64,000 nt of DNA from an uncultured Nanoarchaeota archaeon (GTDB lineage: Archaea > Nanobdellota > Nanobdellia > Pacearchaeales > GW2011-AR1), in the NCBI GenBank assembly GCA_963779925.1, contig CAVZZS010000010.1:612-64611 (forward strand), in the 5' to 3' direction. The number at the start of each line of letters is the position of its first letter. The first letter of the stretch is position 1. Of this stretch, positions 38,016-47,069 are shown in pieces. A program made the position numbers and the translations under genes. The notes below the pieces were generated by a model that worked only from the letters and a program-made list of their open reading frames with translations, searched no databases and was not told where the DNA came from.

Positions 38016-38162
38016 TTACTTTTTTTTCTTTTTTTTAGTAGTAGCCTTTTTTCTTTTTCCGCCTCTAGCCATCTTTGCTTCGCAGACGTTCCCCTTGCCA
38101 TCTACATAATAAAGATACCCCGGCTTTCTCTTAACGGCATTTTTAGTAACTATAGTACCCAT
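38016..38162 (-). CDS. small lysine-rich basic protein
   Basis: 48 aa counted from the internal ATG, with GGAGG 8 nt upstream. KPGYLYYVDGKGNV core and a poly-K tail. Confidence 0.45.
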   Translation of the reverse strand: MGTIVTKNAVKRKPGYLYYVDGKGNVCEAKMARGGKRKKATTKKKKKK

Positions 38163-38204
38163 TAATCTTATCCTCCTTTTTGATGAATAAAAAAACCTCA
38201 TCTT

Positions 38205-38552
38205 CTATTTAAACTTTTCTATATCGACGATAACACTTTTGTTTTTCTTGTTGAGTGGTATCTCAACAAAAGATGAAAAGTTTTCTGAAGGGCAGATATG
38301 GGGCAAAAATGGCTTCACTTTCCTGATTTCTATGATCTTTCCCCCGTCATCAATCCAGATTGCAATGAATGGGAAAAAGACAAACAGCGAATGTATCGCA
38401 AGCCTTACGGGCTTGGGAAATTCAAACAGCAGGATTTTTGCATTCTCCCTTCTTGAGAACATTAGCCCGATGATTCGCCTGAATCCTCTTGCGATATTCG
38501 CTTCTATGGGAATTTTCTTACGCCCAAAATTTAAAATGATTCTCTTTTTCAT
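38205..38552 (-). CDS. DUF192-family protein
   Basis: RGFRRIIGLMF ... IHSLFVFFPFIAIWIDDGGKII matches the DUF192 pattern. Confidence 0.6.
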   Translation of the reverse strand: MKKRIILNFGRKKIPIEANIARGFRRIIGLMFSRRENAKILLFEFPKPVRLAIHSLFVFFPFIAIWIDDGGKIIEIRKVKPFLPHICPSENFSSFVEIPLNKKNKSVIVDIEKFK

Positions 38553-38916
38553 TTGTCCTCTTTTTATACTCTTTATAATATAAATTCACATTTCTCTCGC
38601 AGACAAAGTCATGATGCTTGAATCCGCCGCCGAAGGTTTTTGGAATGTGCATCAGTTCATGCATTATAATTTTAATTTGCTCTTCTTCATCCATTTTGTC
38701 GAATCTTTCTGAAATGAACTCAAGGGCATAATATGCTTCAACGCCGATTGTCTTTTGCAGTATTTTTCCGAGGGCGTGGCATCTCGCGATTGTTCCGCGC
38801 GAAGAGCTCCCATAGCTTCTGAAGCATTTGATCCTTTCAAGTTTTATATGAGGAAACATTATTCTGGAAATCTCTTCCGCTTTTCTTTGCAGCTCCGGCG
38901 CATCTTCGTATCTCAT
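38518..38916 (-). CDS. predicted HExxH zinc metallopeptidase (SprT/COG4900-like)
   Basis: IIMHELMHIPKTFGGGFKHH. Confidence 0.6.
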   Translation of the reverse strand: MRYEDAPELQRKAEEISRIMFPHIKLERIKCFRSYGSSSRGTIARCHALGKILQKTIGVEAYYALEFISERFDKMDEEEQIKIIMHELMHIPKTFGGGFKHHDFVCERNVNLYYKEYKKRTNEKENHFKFWA

Positions 38917-39278
38917 TTCAAGTCAAAATCCCAGAAATTTAATTGTCCTTTTGCAGCAATCGGTTCAATTCTCGCAGGATCATCCAGCACAAATCCAAAA
39001 TCGCCCCACTCCCGAGAGGCCAAATGCAGATTTTTGTCTCTGTTAAATTCTTCATCATTGCCGTATTTTTTAACATCGGTCAATTTCGCTTTGCCAAGGA
39101 TAGAACCCAATGGCAGTTCATTAAATCCAAATCTCTTCATTGCTTCTGTATCAGAATTCTTCGGAGCATGAATAAGAAACTCGCCCCTGAAATTTGTATT
39201 CCACTTTCTCAATTCAATCTTTTTTCGGCCTTGTAAAATCAGCTCTGCAAAGGGTTGTTTTATTGAAAGAGTCTTCAT
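38913..39278 (-). CDS. ASCH-domain protein
   Basis: LSIKQPFAELILQGRKKIELRKW and the overall size are typical of ASCH domains. Confidence 0.7.
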   Translation of the reverse strand: MKTLSIKQPFAELILQGRKKIELRKWNTNFRGEFLIHAPKNSDTEAMKRFGFNELPLGSILGKAKLTDVKKYGNDEEFNRDKNLHLASREWGDFGFVLDDPARIEPIAAKGQLNFWDFDLK

Positions 39279-39318
39279 GCATTTTTAATTGCACAAATAC
39301 TTATTAAACTTTTCAGAA

Positions 39319-39531
39319 TTATTCTTTAATCTCAAGGATTTTGTTCTTAGATTTCAGCCCTATTTTGATTTTCGCATCAGCCTTAAAATAATCATGCACC
39401 AGCTTTACAAGCTCCGCATTTGCCTTGTTGTCCTCGGGCGGAGATTTCAGATAAGCAATGTAAGTGTCGCCACTTTCTTTGATTAATTGCTGTTTTCCAG
39501 ATGAAGGTTTGACTCTTACGTAGATTCTCAT
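39319..39531 (-). CDS. DUF167 (YggU-like) protein
   Basis: IYVRVKPSSGKQQL ... PEDNKANAELVKLV. Confidence 0.65.
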   Translation of the reverse strand: MRIYVRVKPSSGKQQLIKESGDTYIAYLKSPPEDNKANAELVKLVHDYFKADAKIKIGLKSKNKILEIKE

Positions 39532-39534
39532 GGA

Positions 39535-40007
39535 TTATCTAGCAGAAGGCGCTTTATATGGTCTTCCTAATGCCTGATAAATCTCTTTTTCAGTTTTTCC
39601 TGCAACTTTTCTCCCGTTGGACTTTCTGAACAGCCCGTGATTTGTCAGCTTGAAGCCCTGTTTTTCCGCAATGATCCTCAATCCGATGTTGGCGCCTTTT
39701 TTGCCTGAGTATGCCAGGAGCGTGCACCCCACTCTTCCGGGATTGTAAAGAATAGCTGAAGATCGATTTCATCAATTCTGAAAAACATCTCCTTGTCTCC
39801 GCCCTGCAGAAATTTTCCTTTCTTGCTTAATTTTTCTTTTATCTTTTCTTTGCTGTTTTCATTTTTTGCGATCAGGACAATATCGATATCTCTAGGATTT
39901 GGTTTTCCTCTTCTTATGCTGCCTGCAATTTCAATTCTTCTGCAAAAAGGCCTTAATTCTTGAACAACTTTTCTTGCAAGGCTGAGAACTCTTTCACCCC
40001 TATTCAT
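39535..40007 (-). pseudogene. minimal Pol-beta/PolX-like nucleotidyltransferase with a -1 frame break at a G4 run
   Basis: Upstream ORF: IEIAGSIRRGKPNPRDIDIVL ... IPEEWG. Downstream ORF: (G)CTLLAYSGKKGANIGLRIIAEKQGFKLTNHGLF ... EKEIYQALGRPYKAPSAR. The break is at CCCC 39727..39730 on the plus strand. Confidence 0.65.
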
Positions 40008-40038
40008 GGAAACTGAAAGCACAAGAAACTTATAAATT

Positions 40039-41685
40039 TTATCTGAATTTTGCCCAATCGTAAATCGGGCTTTCAACAGCAGTTCTTACAGAAGAAACCG
40101 AACTAGAGACTGTTCCGTCACCATAAATATAATCTCCGGGGAAAACAGAATCAACTGCCGCCTGGGCTGTTGGAGCATTCAAGATATAGTAATCTGCATA
40201 ATTCCTCAAATTAAATTTGCCTTGCTGTGTTTCAATAACAACCACGGCATGGGCGATGAAAGGCCCCCTTAATCCGACAGCATAAACATTTTTGTAGTTA
40301 AATGCTCTAGACTCGATATAAGGCGATAAATTTCCGTTTATATCCCTGCAAACGCCATAGCCATAAATTTCATATTCTTCTTGCGCTGAAAAAGTCCCGT
40401 CATGGTCTTTCTGTGATATGCAAGAAATTAATCTGGATAAATCCTGTTCCGAATGTATTTTTGAGATGGCCTCTTCTAATGTATCCCCAAATTGTGCATG
40501 AAGGGCGGCTAAATCAGGTGAATCGGGATAGTGAAGATAAGGGGGATTGGCGTTTACTGTGGAATTATGAAAATTATTTCTCAATCTGCTTTCCCTATTC
40601 ATGCTTGTATCTAATTGTGTCGAGTATTGAATTCCGAAAACATTGTTCTGTGAATTATAATAAAATTCAAGATTCCCGCCATTAAATTTCTCGCCTATTC
40701 CTGCAACGACGGTAAACTGGTCTGGTGCTAAAAAATCCATGAGCTCCGATGCTTTTCCTTTCAAATAAAAGCCATTCTTGAAAAGGGCAAATGCGCTAAC
40801 GTCAAATTGCAGTTCATTTCTGGTGGGCGCAATAAATTCATCTATGCTATAATTTGGTTTTGTAATCAGGCTTATATCGCATTCCAGACTGGCCTTTCTG
40901 CTTTCATCATGAAGACTTGCTCCAATCATGTTCGTTAAATTGAATGGCGAGGGATTATAGAACTGCCCGTCAAAAGTCCCCATATAGCTCAAATCAAAAT
41001 ATTTTGTTCCAAGCTCTAAACCGCCCTTGACATTGAGGTGATCAAAGGGATATGCCATGCTGCCAGAATCATATTCTGAAGTGCCGATTAAATTTATGAA
41101 ATCTTGAGTTTCCTGAGGATCAGCATAGTATTTGCTTCCTATAACAGAAAGCCAAGGGAAGAAGCTAAAGGATTTGAAATCAAATTTTTCTCCTAAATCA
41201 GCATTCCATCCTATTGCATAAAGTGTAAGGGGAGTTTCAAACTTTCCATAGCCAAGCGCAGAAAAGTCGACGCTCGTATTTGGCATATTAATTTTGGCGC
41301 CAGTCATGGAAAAATCAAGCCAGTCAAAAGGCCTTAAGCCCGCCTGCACTTTCATTATATCTGAGTCTTGAAGCAGGGTTTCAGTTGATAAATCCCCATA
41401 TGAAAATCCGGCATAAAAATTCTTGTTTCCAATAACTCCATCAGCATTATTTATTCTTGGAGAATCAGAATATTGCATATCAGAGGCAAAATCAAGTTCC
41501 CAGTCATTCCCTAAGGATAAACTTGAATCAAAGCTGAAGCTTTTATTGTCAATACTCCCTTTAAGATCAATTATCGAACTACTATCTTCTTTTATGATGG
41601 TGCTCTCTAGTGGATTCCCAAATAAAGCTCCTGCTGCCAAGCTCAAAGCCAATGCTATTGGTGCAACTTTCTTCATAATTTTCAT
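40039..41685 (-). CDS. secreted two-domain protein: beta-barrel-like N-terminal region plus a transglutaminase-like Cys/His C-terminal domain
   Basis: Signal MKIMKKVAPIALALSLAAGALFG. About 350 aa of alternating aromatic/polar strands. C-terminus YGYGVCRD ... FIAHAVVVIE ... NYADYY (Cys-His-Asp candidates). Confidence 0.5.
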   Translation of the reverse strand: MKIMKKVAPIALALSLAAGALFGNPLESTIIKEDSSSIIDLKGSIDNKSFSFDSSLSLGNDWELDFASDMQYSDSPRINNADGVIGNKNFYAGFSYGDLSTETLLQDSDIMKVQAGLRPFDWLDFSMTGAKINMPNTSVDFSALGYGKFETPLTLYAIGWNADLGEKFDFKSFSFFPWLSVIGSKYYADPQETQDFINLIGTSEYDSGSMAYPFDHLNVKGGLELGTKYFDLSYMGTFDGQFYNPSPFNLTNMIGASLHDESRKASLECDISLITKPNYSIDEFIAPTRNELQFDVSAFALFKNGFYLKGKASELMDFLAPDQFTVVAGIGEKFNGGNLEFYYNSQNNVFGIQYSTQLDTSMNRESRLRNNFHNSTVNANPPYLHYPDSPDLAALHAQFGDTLEEAISKIHSEQDLSRLISCISQKDHDGTFSAQEEYEIYGYGVCRDINGNLSPYIESRAFNYKNVYAVGLRGPFIAHAVVVIETQQGKFNLRNYADYYILNAPTAQAAVDSVFPGDYIYGDGTVSSSVSSVRTAVESPIYDWAKFR

Positions 41686-41735
41686 GAAAATCTCTGCACA
41701 GGATGTTTTTTAAAACTTGTTTTTATGATTATACC

Positions 41736-42920
41736 ATGCTTATTGGACTTATAGGAAAGCCATCCGTGGGAAAAAGCACATTTTTCAAGGCAGCAACGCT
41801 CGCGGAAGTCGAAATTGCACCATATCCTTTTACTACAATAAAACCGAATCACGGAGTTGGTTATGTAAGAGTAGACTGCATTGACAAGGAATTTAATACT
41901 CAGTGCAACCCTAATCATGGATTCTGCATAAACCATCAGAGATTTGTCCCGATTGATTTGCTGGATGTCGCGGGATTGGTTCCTGGCGCAAGCGAGGGAA
42001 AGGGGCTAGGAAACCAGTTCTTGGATGATCTAAGGGAAGCAGATGTTTTTATCCATATTATAGACACCTCCGGAACAACGGACGAAGAGGGAAAAGAGAC
42101 AGAGAACCATGATGTTTCAAAAGATGTCCTGTTCCTTGAAGATGAGCTGAATAAGTGGTACCATAACATATTCTTGAAAGTCTGGAAAAGCTTTGTCAGA
42201 AAATCGGAAATTGAAGAGGTTAATTTCGCACAGGCTGTAATGAAGCAATTCTCGGGCCTGAAGGTGAATGAAGAGCAGATCAAAAAAGTTTTGAGAAACT
42301 TGAATTTCAATCCGCGACCAAGCCAGTGGAATGACGAAGAAATAAAGAAATTCACTTCCGAATTAAGGAAAGAAAGCAAGCCAATGATAATCGCGGCTAA
42401 TAAAATAGACACTCCAAAGGGAAAGGAGAATTATGAAAAGCTCGTAAAGAAATTTCCGGATTTGATAATTCTGCCTTGTTCTTCCGATTCGGAATTGGCG
42501 CTAAGAGAAGCCACAAAAGCTAATATGATAGAATATGTTCCCGGAGACAGGGATTTCAAAGTTATTGGAAACTTAAATGAAGCCCAGGAAGAGGCATTGA
42601 AAAAGATAAAGAAAAATGTCCTTCATGTTTTTGAAACGGGAACGGGAGTTCAGGCAATTCTGAATAAGGCAGTGTTTGAATTGCTAAAGTATATCGCAAT
42701 TTTCCCCGCAGGAGCTACAAAACTTAAAGACAGCAAAGGAAGAATCCTGCCTGATTGCTTTTTATTGCCCCCTGAAAGCACGGCTATAGATTTTGCCTAT
42801 TATCTTCATACAGATTTCGGGAAGAATTTTATAAGAGCAATTGATGCACGGACAAAAAAGACTCTTGGAAGGGATTACAAGCTAAAGAACAGGGATGCAC
42901 TTGAAATTGTCAGCAGATAA
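41736..42920 (+). CDS. Obg-family GTPase/ATPase of the YchF/DRG type with a C-terminal TGS-like domain
   Basis: GLIGKPSVGKSTFF, YPFTTIKPNHG, DVAGLV, ANKID. ATG at 41736. Confidence 0.85.
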   Translation: MLIGLIGKPSVGKSTFFKAATLAEVEIAPYPFTTIKPNHGVGYVRVDCIDKEFNTQCNPNHGFCINHQRFVPIDLLDVAGLVPGASEGKGLGNQFLDDLREADVFIHIIDTSGTTDEEGKETENHDVSKDVLFLEDELNKWYHNIFLKVWKSFVRKSEIEEVNFAQAVMKQFSGLKVNEEQIKKVLRNLNFNPRPSQWNDEEIKKFTSELRKESKPMIIAANKIDTPKGKENYEKLVKKFPDLIILPCSSDSELALREATKANMIEYVPGDRDFKVIGNLNEAQEEALKKIKKNVLHVFETGTGVQAILNKAVFELLKYIAIFPAGATKLKDSKGRILPDCFLLPPESTAIDFAYYLHTDFGKNFIRAIDARTKKTLGRDYKLKNRDALEIVSR

Positions 42921-42992
42921 AATTCAAGATACACAATCTTTTTATAGGACATTTCTCTCTAAAAAAAATGAAAGAGCTGAAAGGAGGTAAAA

Positions 42993-43793
42993 ATGGCTGA
43001 AGAAAAAATAGAGAAGCACGAACATGAACATCACGAAGCTAAGACAGTTACCTTAAAGAAAAGCACTTTATGGGGAGTTGGTGTCTTTGTCCTTTTGGCT
43101 TTACTTGTAGCAAGCGTATTCACAGGAGGATTTGGAATAATGAAAACTACGGGCAATGCGGCAAACACAGGCAATACAGCTAATACCGGGTACATACAAT
43201 CCTAGCGTATTCATTATTTAACTCGGATTTGTATCCTTCATTGGGTCCAAGCAATGCAAAGGCTACTGTGATTGAAGTTGCTGATTTCCAATGCCCATAT
43301 TGTGCATTAGCTTCAGGATTGCCTAATTGGACATCTCCAATACCAGGGAACCCAATATGCTATTTAATAGGTGCTGCAGCAAATGCTGAACAATTGGCTC
43401 AGCAAGGAAGATACAATTTATATTTGTACCATGGAGCTTCTTAGATGCAAGCACAAGAGTTCAGGCTATATGCAGCAGAAGCAGCATATTGTGCAGCGGA
43501 CCAAGGACAAATTTTGGCGAAATGCATGATGCAATATATAAAGCAAGTGATGGAACAAGTGAAGATACTGGAAAATATTCAAAAGCAAATTTAACAATAA
43601 TTGCACAAGGTATTTCTGGATTAGATATGACGAAGTTTAATACTTGCTTGAGTACGGATGCGGATTTGGCAAGAGTTCAACAAGTACGACAGATGTACAA
43701 AGTTCAGGAGTAACTGGAACACCTGCAATGTTTGTAAATGGGCAGTTCATTAATCCTACATTAAGTGCTGTACAAGCTGCAATTGGTCAGTAA
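42993..43793 (+). pseudogene. membrane-anchored DsbA-like thiol:disulfide oxidoreductase, broken into at least five reading-frame segments
   Basis: Segments read in three frames: TM anchor; ATVIEVADFQCPYC; GKIQFIFVPWSFLD; YAAEAAYCAADQGQ; FGEMHDAIYKASDG ... LDMTKFNTCLS; SGVTGTPAMFVNGQ. Confidence 0.7.
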
Positions 43794-43880
43794 ATTTATT
43801 TTTTATTTTTTTATTTTTTAGATTTCAAATAGAATAAGGAGGCTCATAATCCTTAAAAATCTCCTTTTCTTCTTTTTTTG

Positions 43881-45188
43881 ATGAATTTGGAAACTAAAAG
43901 TTTTCTTGGATGGACTGCGATAATTCTAATGTCCTTAGTTCCAGTTTTCCTTCTCTTTGTATTTGGGAATGGAATAAATGGGTTCAGCAGTTTTTCATCA
44001 TCACTATATAGTCTAGGAAGGATATTCGCGCTTGTTGGTGTAACTCTATTTGCCCTGAATTTTGTCTTATCTACAAGGTTAAAGTTCCTTGAAGAGATCT
44101 TTGGCGGACTCGATAAAGTCTATCTTGTCCATGGAATTGTTGGCGGAGCTGCTTTTATGCTTATTCTTGCCCATCCAATCTTTCTTGTTGCAAATTTGAT
44201 TCCAAATCATATCGTCCAGGCCGCGGATTATTTTATTCCAGGAGGAATCCTTGCTCTTGATTTCGGATTAATTGCAATCATCGGGCTTATTACTCTGATT
44301 TTTGTAACTTTTTTTACAAGAATGAAATACAACAAATGGAAATTTACCCATGAATTTATGGGGGGCATCTTTTTCTTGGTTATTTTGCATATGTTGTTGA
44401 TCGATGACTCTGTTGCAATTGATAGCATCTTCATAGGATATAATTTGTTTGTACTAATAATCGCTTTAATAGGGGGAAGTGCCATTGTATATAATTGGAT
44501 TATAAGAAGAAAGGATAAAAAATACCCAATTTATAAAATTGAAAATATAAAAATAAATAACAATGTGATTGAATTGCAATTAGAGTCGGAATCAGAAAAT
44601 CTTTCTTATCAGTCCGGGCAATTTGTGTTCCTGAAATTTTATAACGAAAAACTTACAAAAGAATCTCATCCATTTTCAATTTCATCAAGAAGCAATAATA
44701 AAACAATAAAAATTTTCATAAAAGAGTCTGGAGATTTCACTAATGAATTAAAGTCTCTGAAAGTCGGAGATAAAGTCTCTGTGGAGGGCCCCTATGGAAA
44801 GTTTAATTTCAAGAATTATAAAGAGAAAAGGCAGCTGTGGATTGCAGGCGGAATAGGAATAACTCCTTTCTTAGGGATGATTGATGAACTCGAAGAAAAT
44901 CCGGATATGGAGATTATTTTATTTTACACATTTAAAGAAAATTATATTGTAGGCAAAGAAGTTTTGGACAAAATCGATAAAATAAAAAATCTTAAATTTG
45001 TTCCATGGAATTCTGGGAAAAGAGGGAAAATCAATATAGGAAAGATAATTGAAATGAGCGGGAGCCTGAAAGACAAAGAAATTTTGATTTGCGGCCCCGG
45101 GGAACTAAAAGAGTCTATAATTAGTGGATTAAAAGACTTGAGAATCAAAAAAGATAAGATTCATGAGGAGGTTTTTGACTTGAAATGA
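43881..45188 (+). CDS. NOX/ferric-reductase-like flavocytochrome (FRD transmembrane domain plus FAD/NAD(P)-binding domain)
   Basis: Two His pairs spaced 13 and 12 residues apart (HGIVGGAAFMLILAH; HEFMGGIFFLVILH). HPFSISS FAD motif. GGIGITPF NAD(P)H motif. Terminal CGP. Confidence 0.8.
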   Translation: MNLETKSFLGWTAIILMSLVPVFLLFVFGNGINGFSSFSSSLYSLGRIFALVGVTLFALNFVLSTRLKFLEEIFGGLDKVYLVHGIVGGAAFMLILAHPIFLVANLIPNHIVQAADYFIPGGILALDFGLIAIIGLITLIFVTFFTRMKYNKWKFTHEFMGGIFFLVILHMLLIDDSVAIDSIFIGYNLFVLIIALIGGSAIVYNWIIRRKDKKYPIYKIENIKINNNVIELQLESESENLSYQSGQFVFLKFYNEKLTKESHPFSISSRSNNKTIKIFIKESGDFTNELKSLKVGDKVSVEGPYGKFNFKNYKEKRQLWIAGGIGITPFLGMIDELEENPDMEIILFYTFKENYIVGKEVLDKIDKIKNLKFVPWNSGKRGKINIGKIIEMSGSLKDKEILICGPGELKESIISGLKDLRIKKDKIHEEVFDLK

Positions 45189-45280
45189 GGTTAAAAAAAT
45201 TAAGAGTTATAGTTGCAGTAGAAATAATTCTTTTTTTATCGACAGTTGGGGGAATTATAATTTTTAGTTTAATAAAATAA
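45185..45280 (+). CDS. possible 31 aa single-TM micro-protein
   Basis: My own translation: MRLKKLRVIVAVEIILFLSTVGGIIIFSLIK. Its ATG overlaps the TGA of the preceding gene (ATGA). Confidence 0.3.
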   Translation: MRLKKLRVIVAVEIILFLSTVGGIIIFSLIK

Positions 45281-45327
45281 AACAGATAGTCCATAAGTCT
45301 TTTAAATCAGATTTTGCAATATAATAA

Positions 45328-46317
45328 ATGCCAACTGTACAGGTAAAAAATTTGACAAAAAAGTTTGGTGATTTAGTTGCAGTAGACAAAATCTCTTTCA
45401 ATATAAATGAAGGAGAAATTTTCGGGCTGCTTGGGCCAAATGGTGCCGGAAAAACAACAACAATTTCCATGCTGTCAACAATACTAAGGCCTACTTCAGG
45501 TGAAGCGCTGGTAAATAATTTTAATATCGCAAAAGATTCAAATAATGTAAGAAAGTCTATAGGAATTGTATTTCAGGATCCTAGTCTTGATGATGAATTA
45601 ACGGGATATGAAAATATGGATTTTCATGGAAGACTATACAATATTCCGAAAGAGATTAGAAAAACACGAATTTTAGAATTGCTAAGGCTTGTTGGACTTG
45701 AAGACAGAAAAAATTCGCTCGTCAAAACTTTCTCTGGAGGTATGAAAAGAAGGCTTGAAATAGCACGGGGATTGCTTCATCAGCCTAAAGTTTTGTTTTT
45801 GGATGAGCCGACAATTGGCCTTGATCCCCAAACAAGAAACTATATCTGGGATTACATAAAAAAATTAAACAAAGAAAAGAAAATTACTATCATTCTTACT
45901 ACGCATTATATGGATGAAGCAGATAAGCTCTGTGATAATCTTGCAATAATGAACAAAGGAAAGATTGTTGCAAGCGGAAATCCTAAAAATCTGAAAGAGG
46001 CCATTGGTGGTGATGTGATTACAATTCAATCTCGCGAGAATCACAAATTAAAAGAGAAATTAGAAAAGCTTTCATGGATTAAAGAAGTAAAAGAACATGA
46101 TGGTTCAATCACAATAAGCCTAAAAAATGCTGAAAAACATGTAGCAGAAATTGTAAAAATCTCCGATAAAAATAGAATAGCAATCAGTTCAATCTCGATT
46201 CATGAACCGACTCTTGAAGATGTTTTTTTGCATTTTACCGGGAAAACCATATATGAGGAAGAATCGGATTCAAAAGAGCATATGCGCCTACGTGGAAGAT
46301 TATGGAGGGGAAGATAA
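45328..46317 (+). CDS. ABC transporter ATP-binding protein (ABC-2/DrrA type)
   Basis: Walker A GPNGAGKTT, signature FSGGMKRRL, Walker B LFLDEPT. Confidence 0.9.
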   Translation: MPTVQVKNLTKKFGDLVAVDKISFNINEGEIFGLLGPNGAGKTTTISMLSTILRPTSGEALVNNFNIAKDSNNVRKSIGIVFQDPSLDDELTGYENMDFHGRLYNIPKEIRKTRILELLRLVGLEDRKNSLVKTFSGGMKRRLEIARGLLHQPKVLFLDEPTIGLDPQTRNYIWDYIKKLNKEKKITIILTTHYMDEADKLCDNLAIMNKGKIVASGNPKNLKEAIGGDVITIQSRENHKLKEKLEKLSWIKEVKEHDGSITISLKNAEKHVAEIVKISDKNRIAISSISIHEPTLEDVFLHFTGKTIYEEESDSKEHMRLRGRLWRGR

Positions 46318-47069
46318 TGTCAATGCAAGGAGTCTATACAATCTGGCTGAGAAACATCAAAAGATTTTTGCGTTCAAAAAGCAGAATAATTGGAAGCCTT
46401 GGACCTCCTCTGCTTATTTTATTCGTGATTGGATTTGGATTGAATTCAGTAGTAAAGATATCCGGAGGGATTAGCTTCACAGAGTTCCTCATTCCGGGAA
46501 TCATTTCAATGAGTGTTTTATTTGCATCTGTATTTTCGGGAATCCAGATAATTTGGGATAAGCAGTTTGGATTTCTCAAAGAAACTCTCGTGGCTCCTGT
46601 TTCGCGATTTCAGATTATGCTAGGACAGACATTAGGCGGAGCAACGACTTCATTCTTGCAAGGCCTATTAATTATGATTATATCCCTAGTGATAGAACTT
46701 CATACAACAACAGTAACAGGATTCTTAATCGCATTCGCCTTTATGATACTTATCGGCATAGCTTTCACAGCTCTTGGCGTTGCAATTGCTTCAAGAATGG
46801 AAGATATGAATGGATTCAGTTTGATAATAAACTTCATAGTAATGCCGGTCTTTGTTATTTCAGGCGCATTGTTCCCTATAAACAGCCTTCCTTCATGGGC
46901 TCAGACAATAACCTTATTTGACCCATTGACTTACGGCGTTGATGGAATAAGAAATGGATTGCTCGGAGTATCAAATTTGAACCCCATAATAGACCTTCTA
47001 GTCCTTAGCGGATTTGTAATAATAATGCTAGTCATTGGCTCTTATTCTTTTAAAAAGATGAAATTTTAA
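46317..47069 (+). CDS. ABC-2 type transporter permease
   Basis: Six TM segments. The ATG overlaps the ATPase stop (TAATG). Confidence 0.8.
   Translation: MSMQGVYTIWLRNIKRFLRSKSRIIGSLGPPLLILFVIGFGLNSVVKISGGISFTEFLIPGIISMSVLFASVFSGIQIIWDKQFGFLKETLVAPVSRFQIMLGQTLGGATTSFLQGLLIMIISLVIELHTTTVTGFLIAFAFMILIGIAFTALGVAIASRMEDMNGFSLIINFIVMPVFVISGALFPINSLPSWAQTITLFDPLTYGVDGIRNGLLGVSNLNPIIDLLVLSGFVIIMLVIGSYSFKKMKF

Noticed and set aside
45264-45470. 68 aa minus-strand ORF overlapping the start of the ABC-2 ATPase
   Set aside because: It is antisense to the Walker A region of a conserved ATPase and to the intergenic region, with no supporting features.
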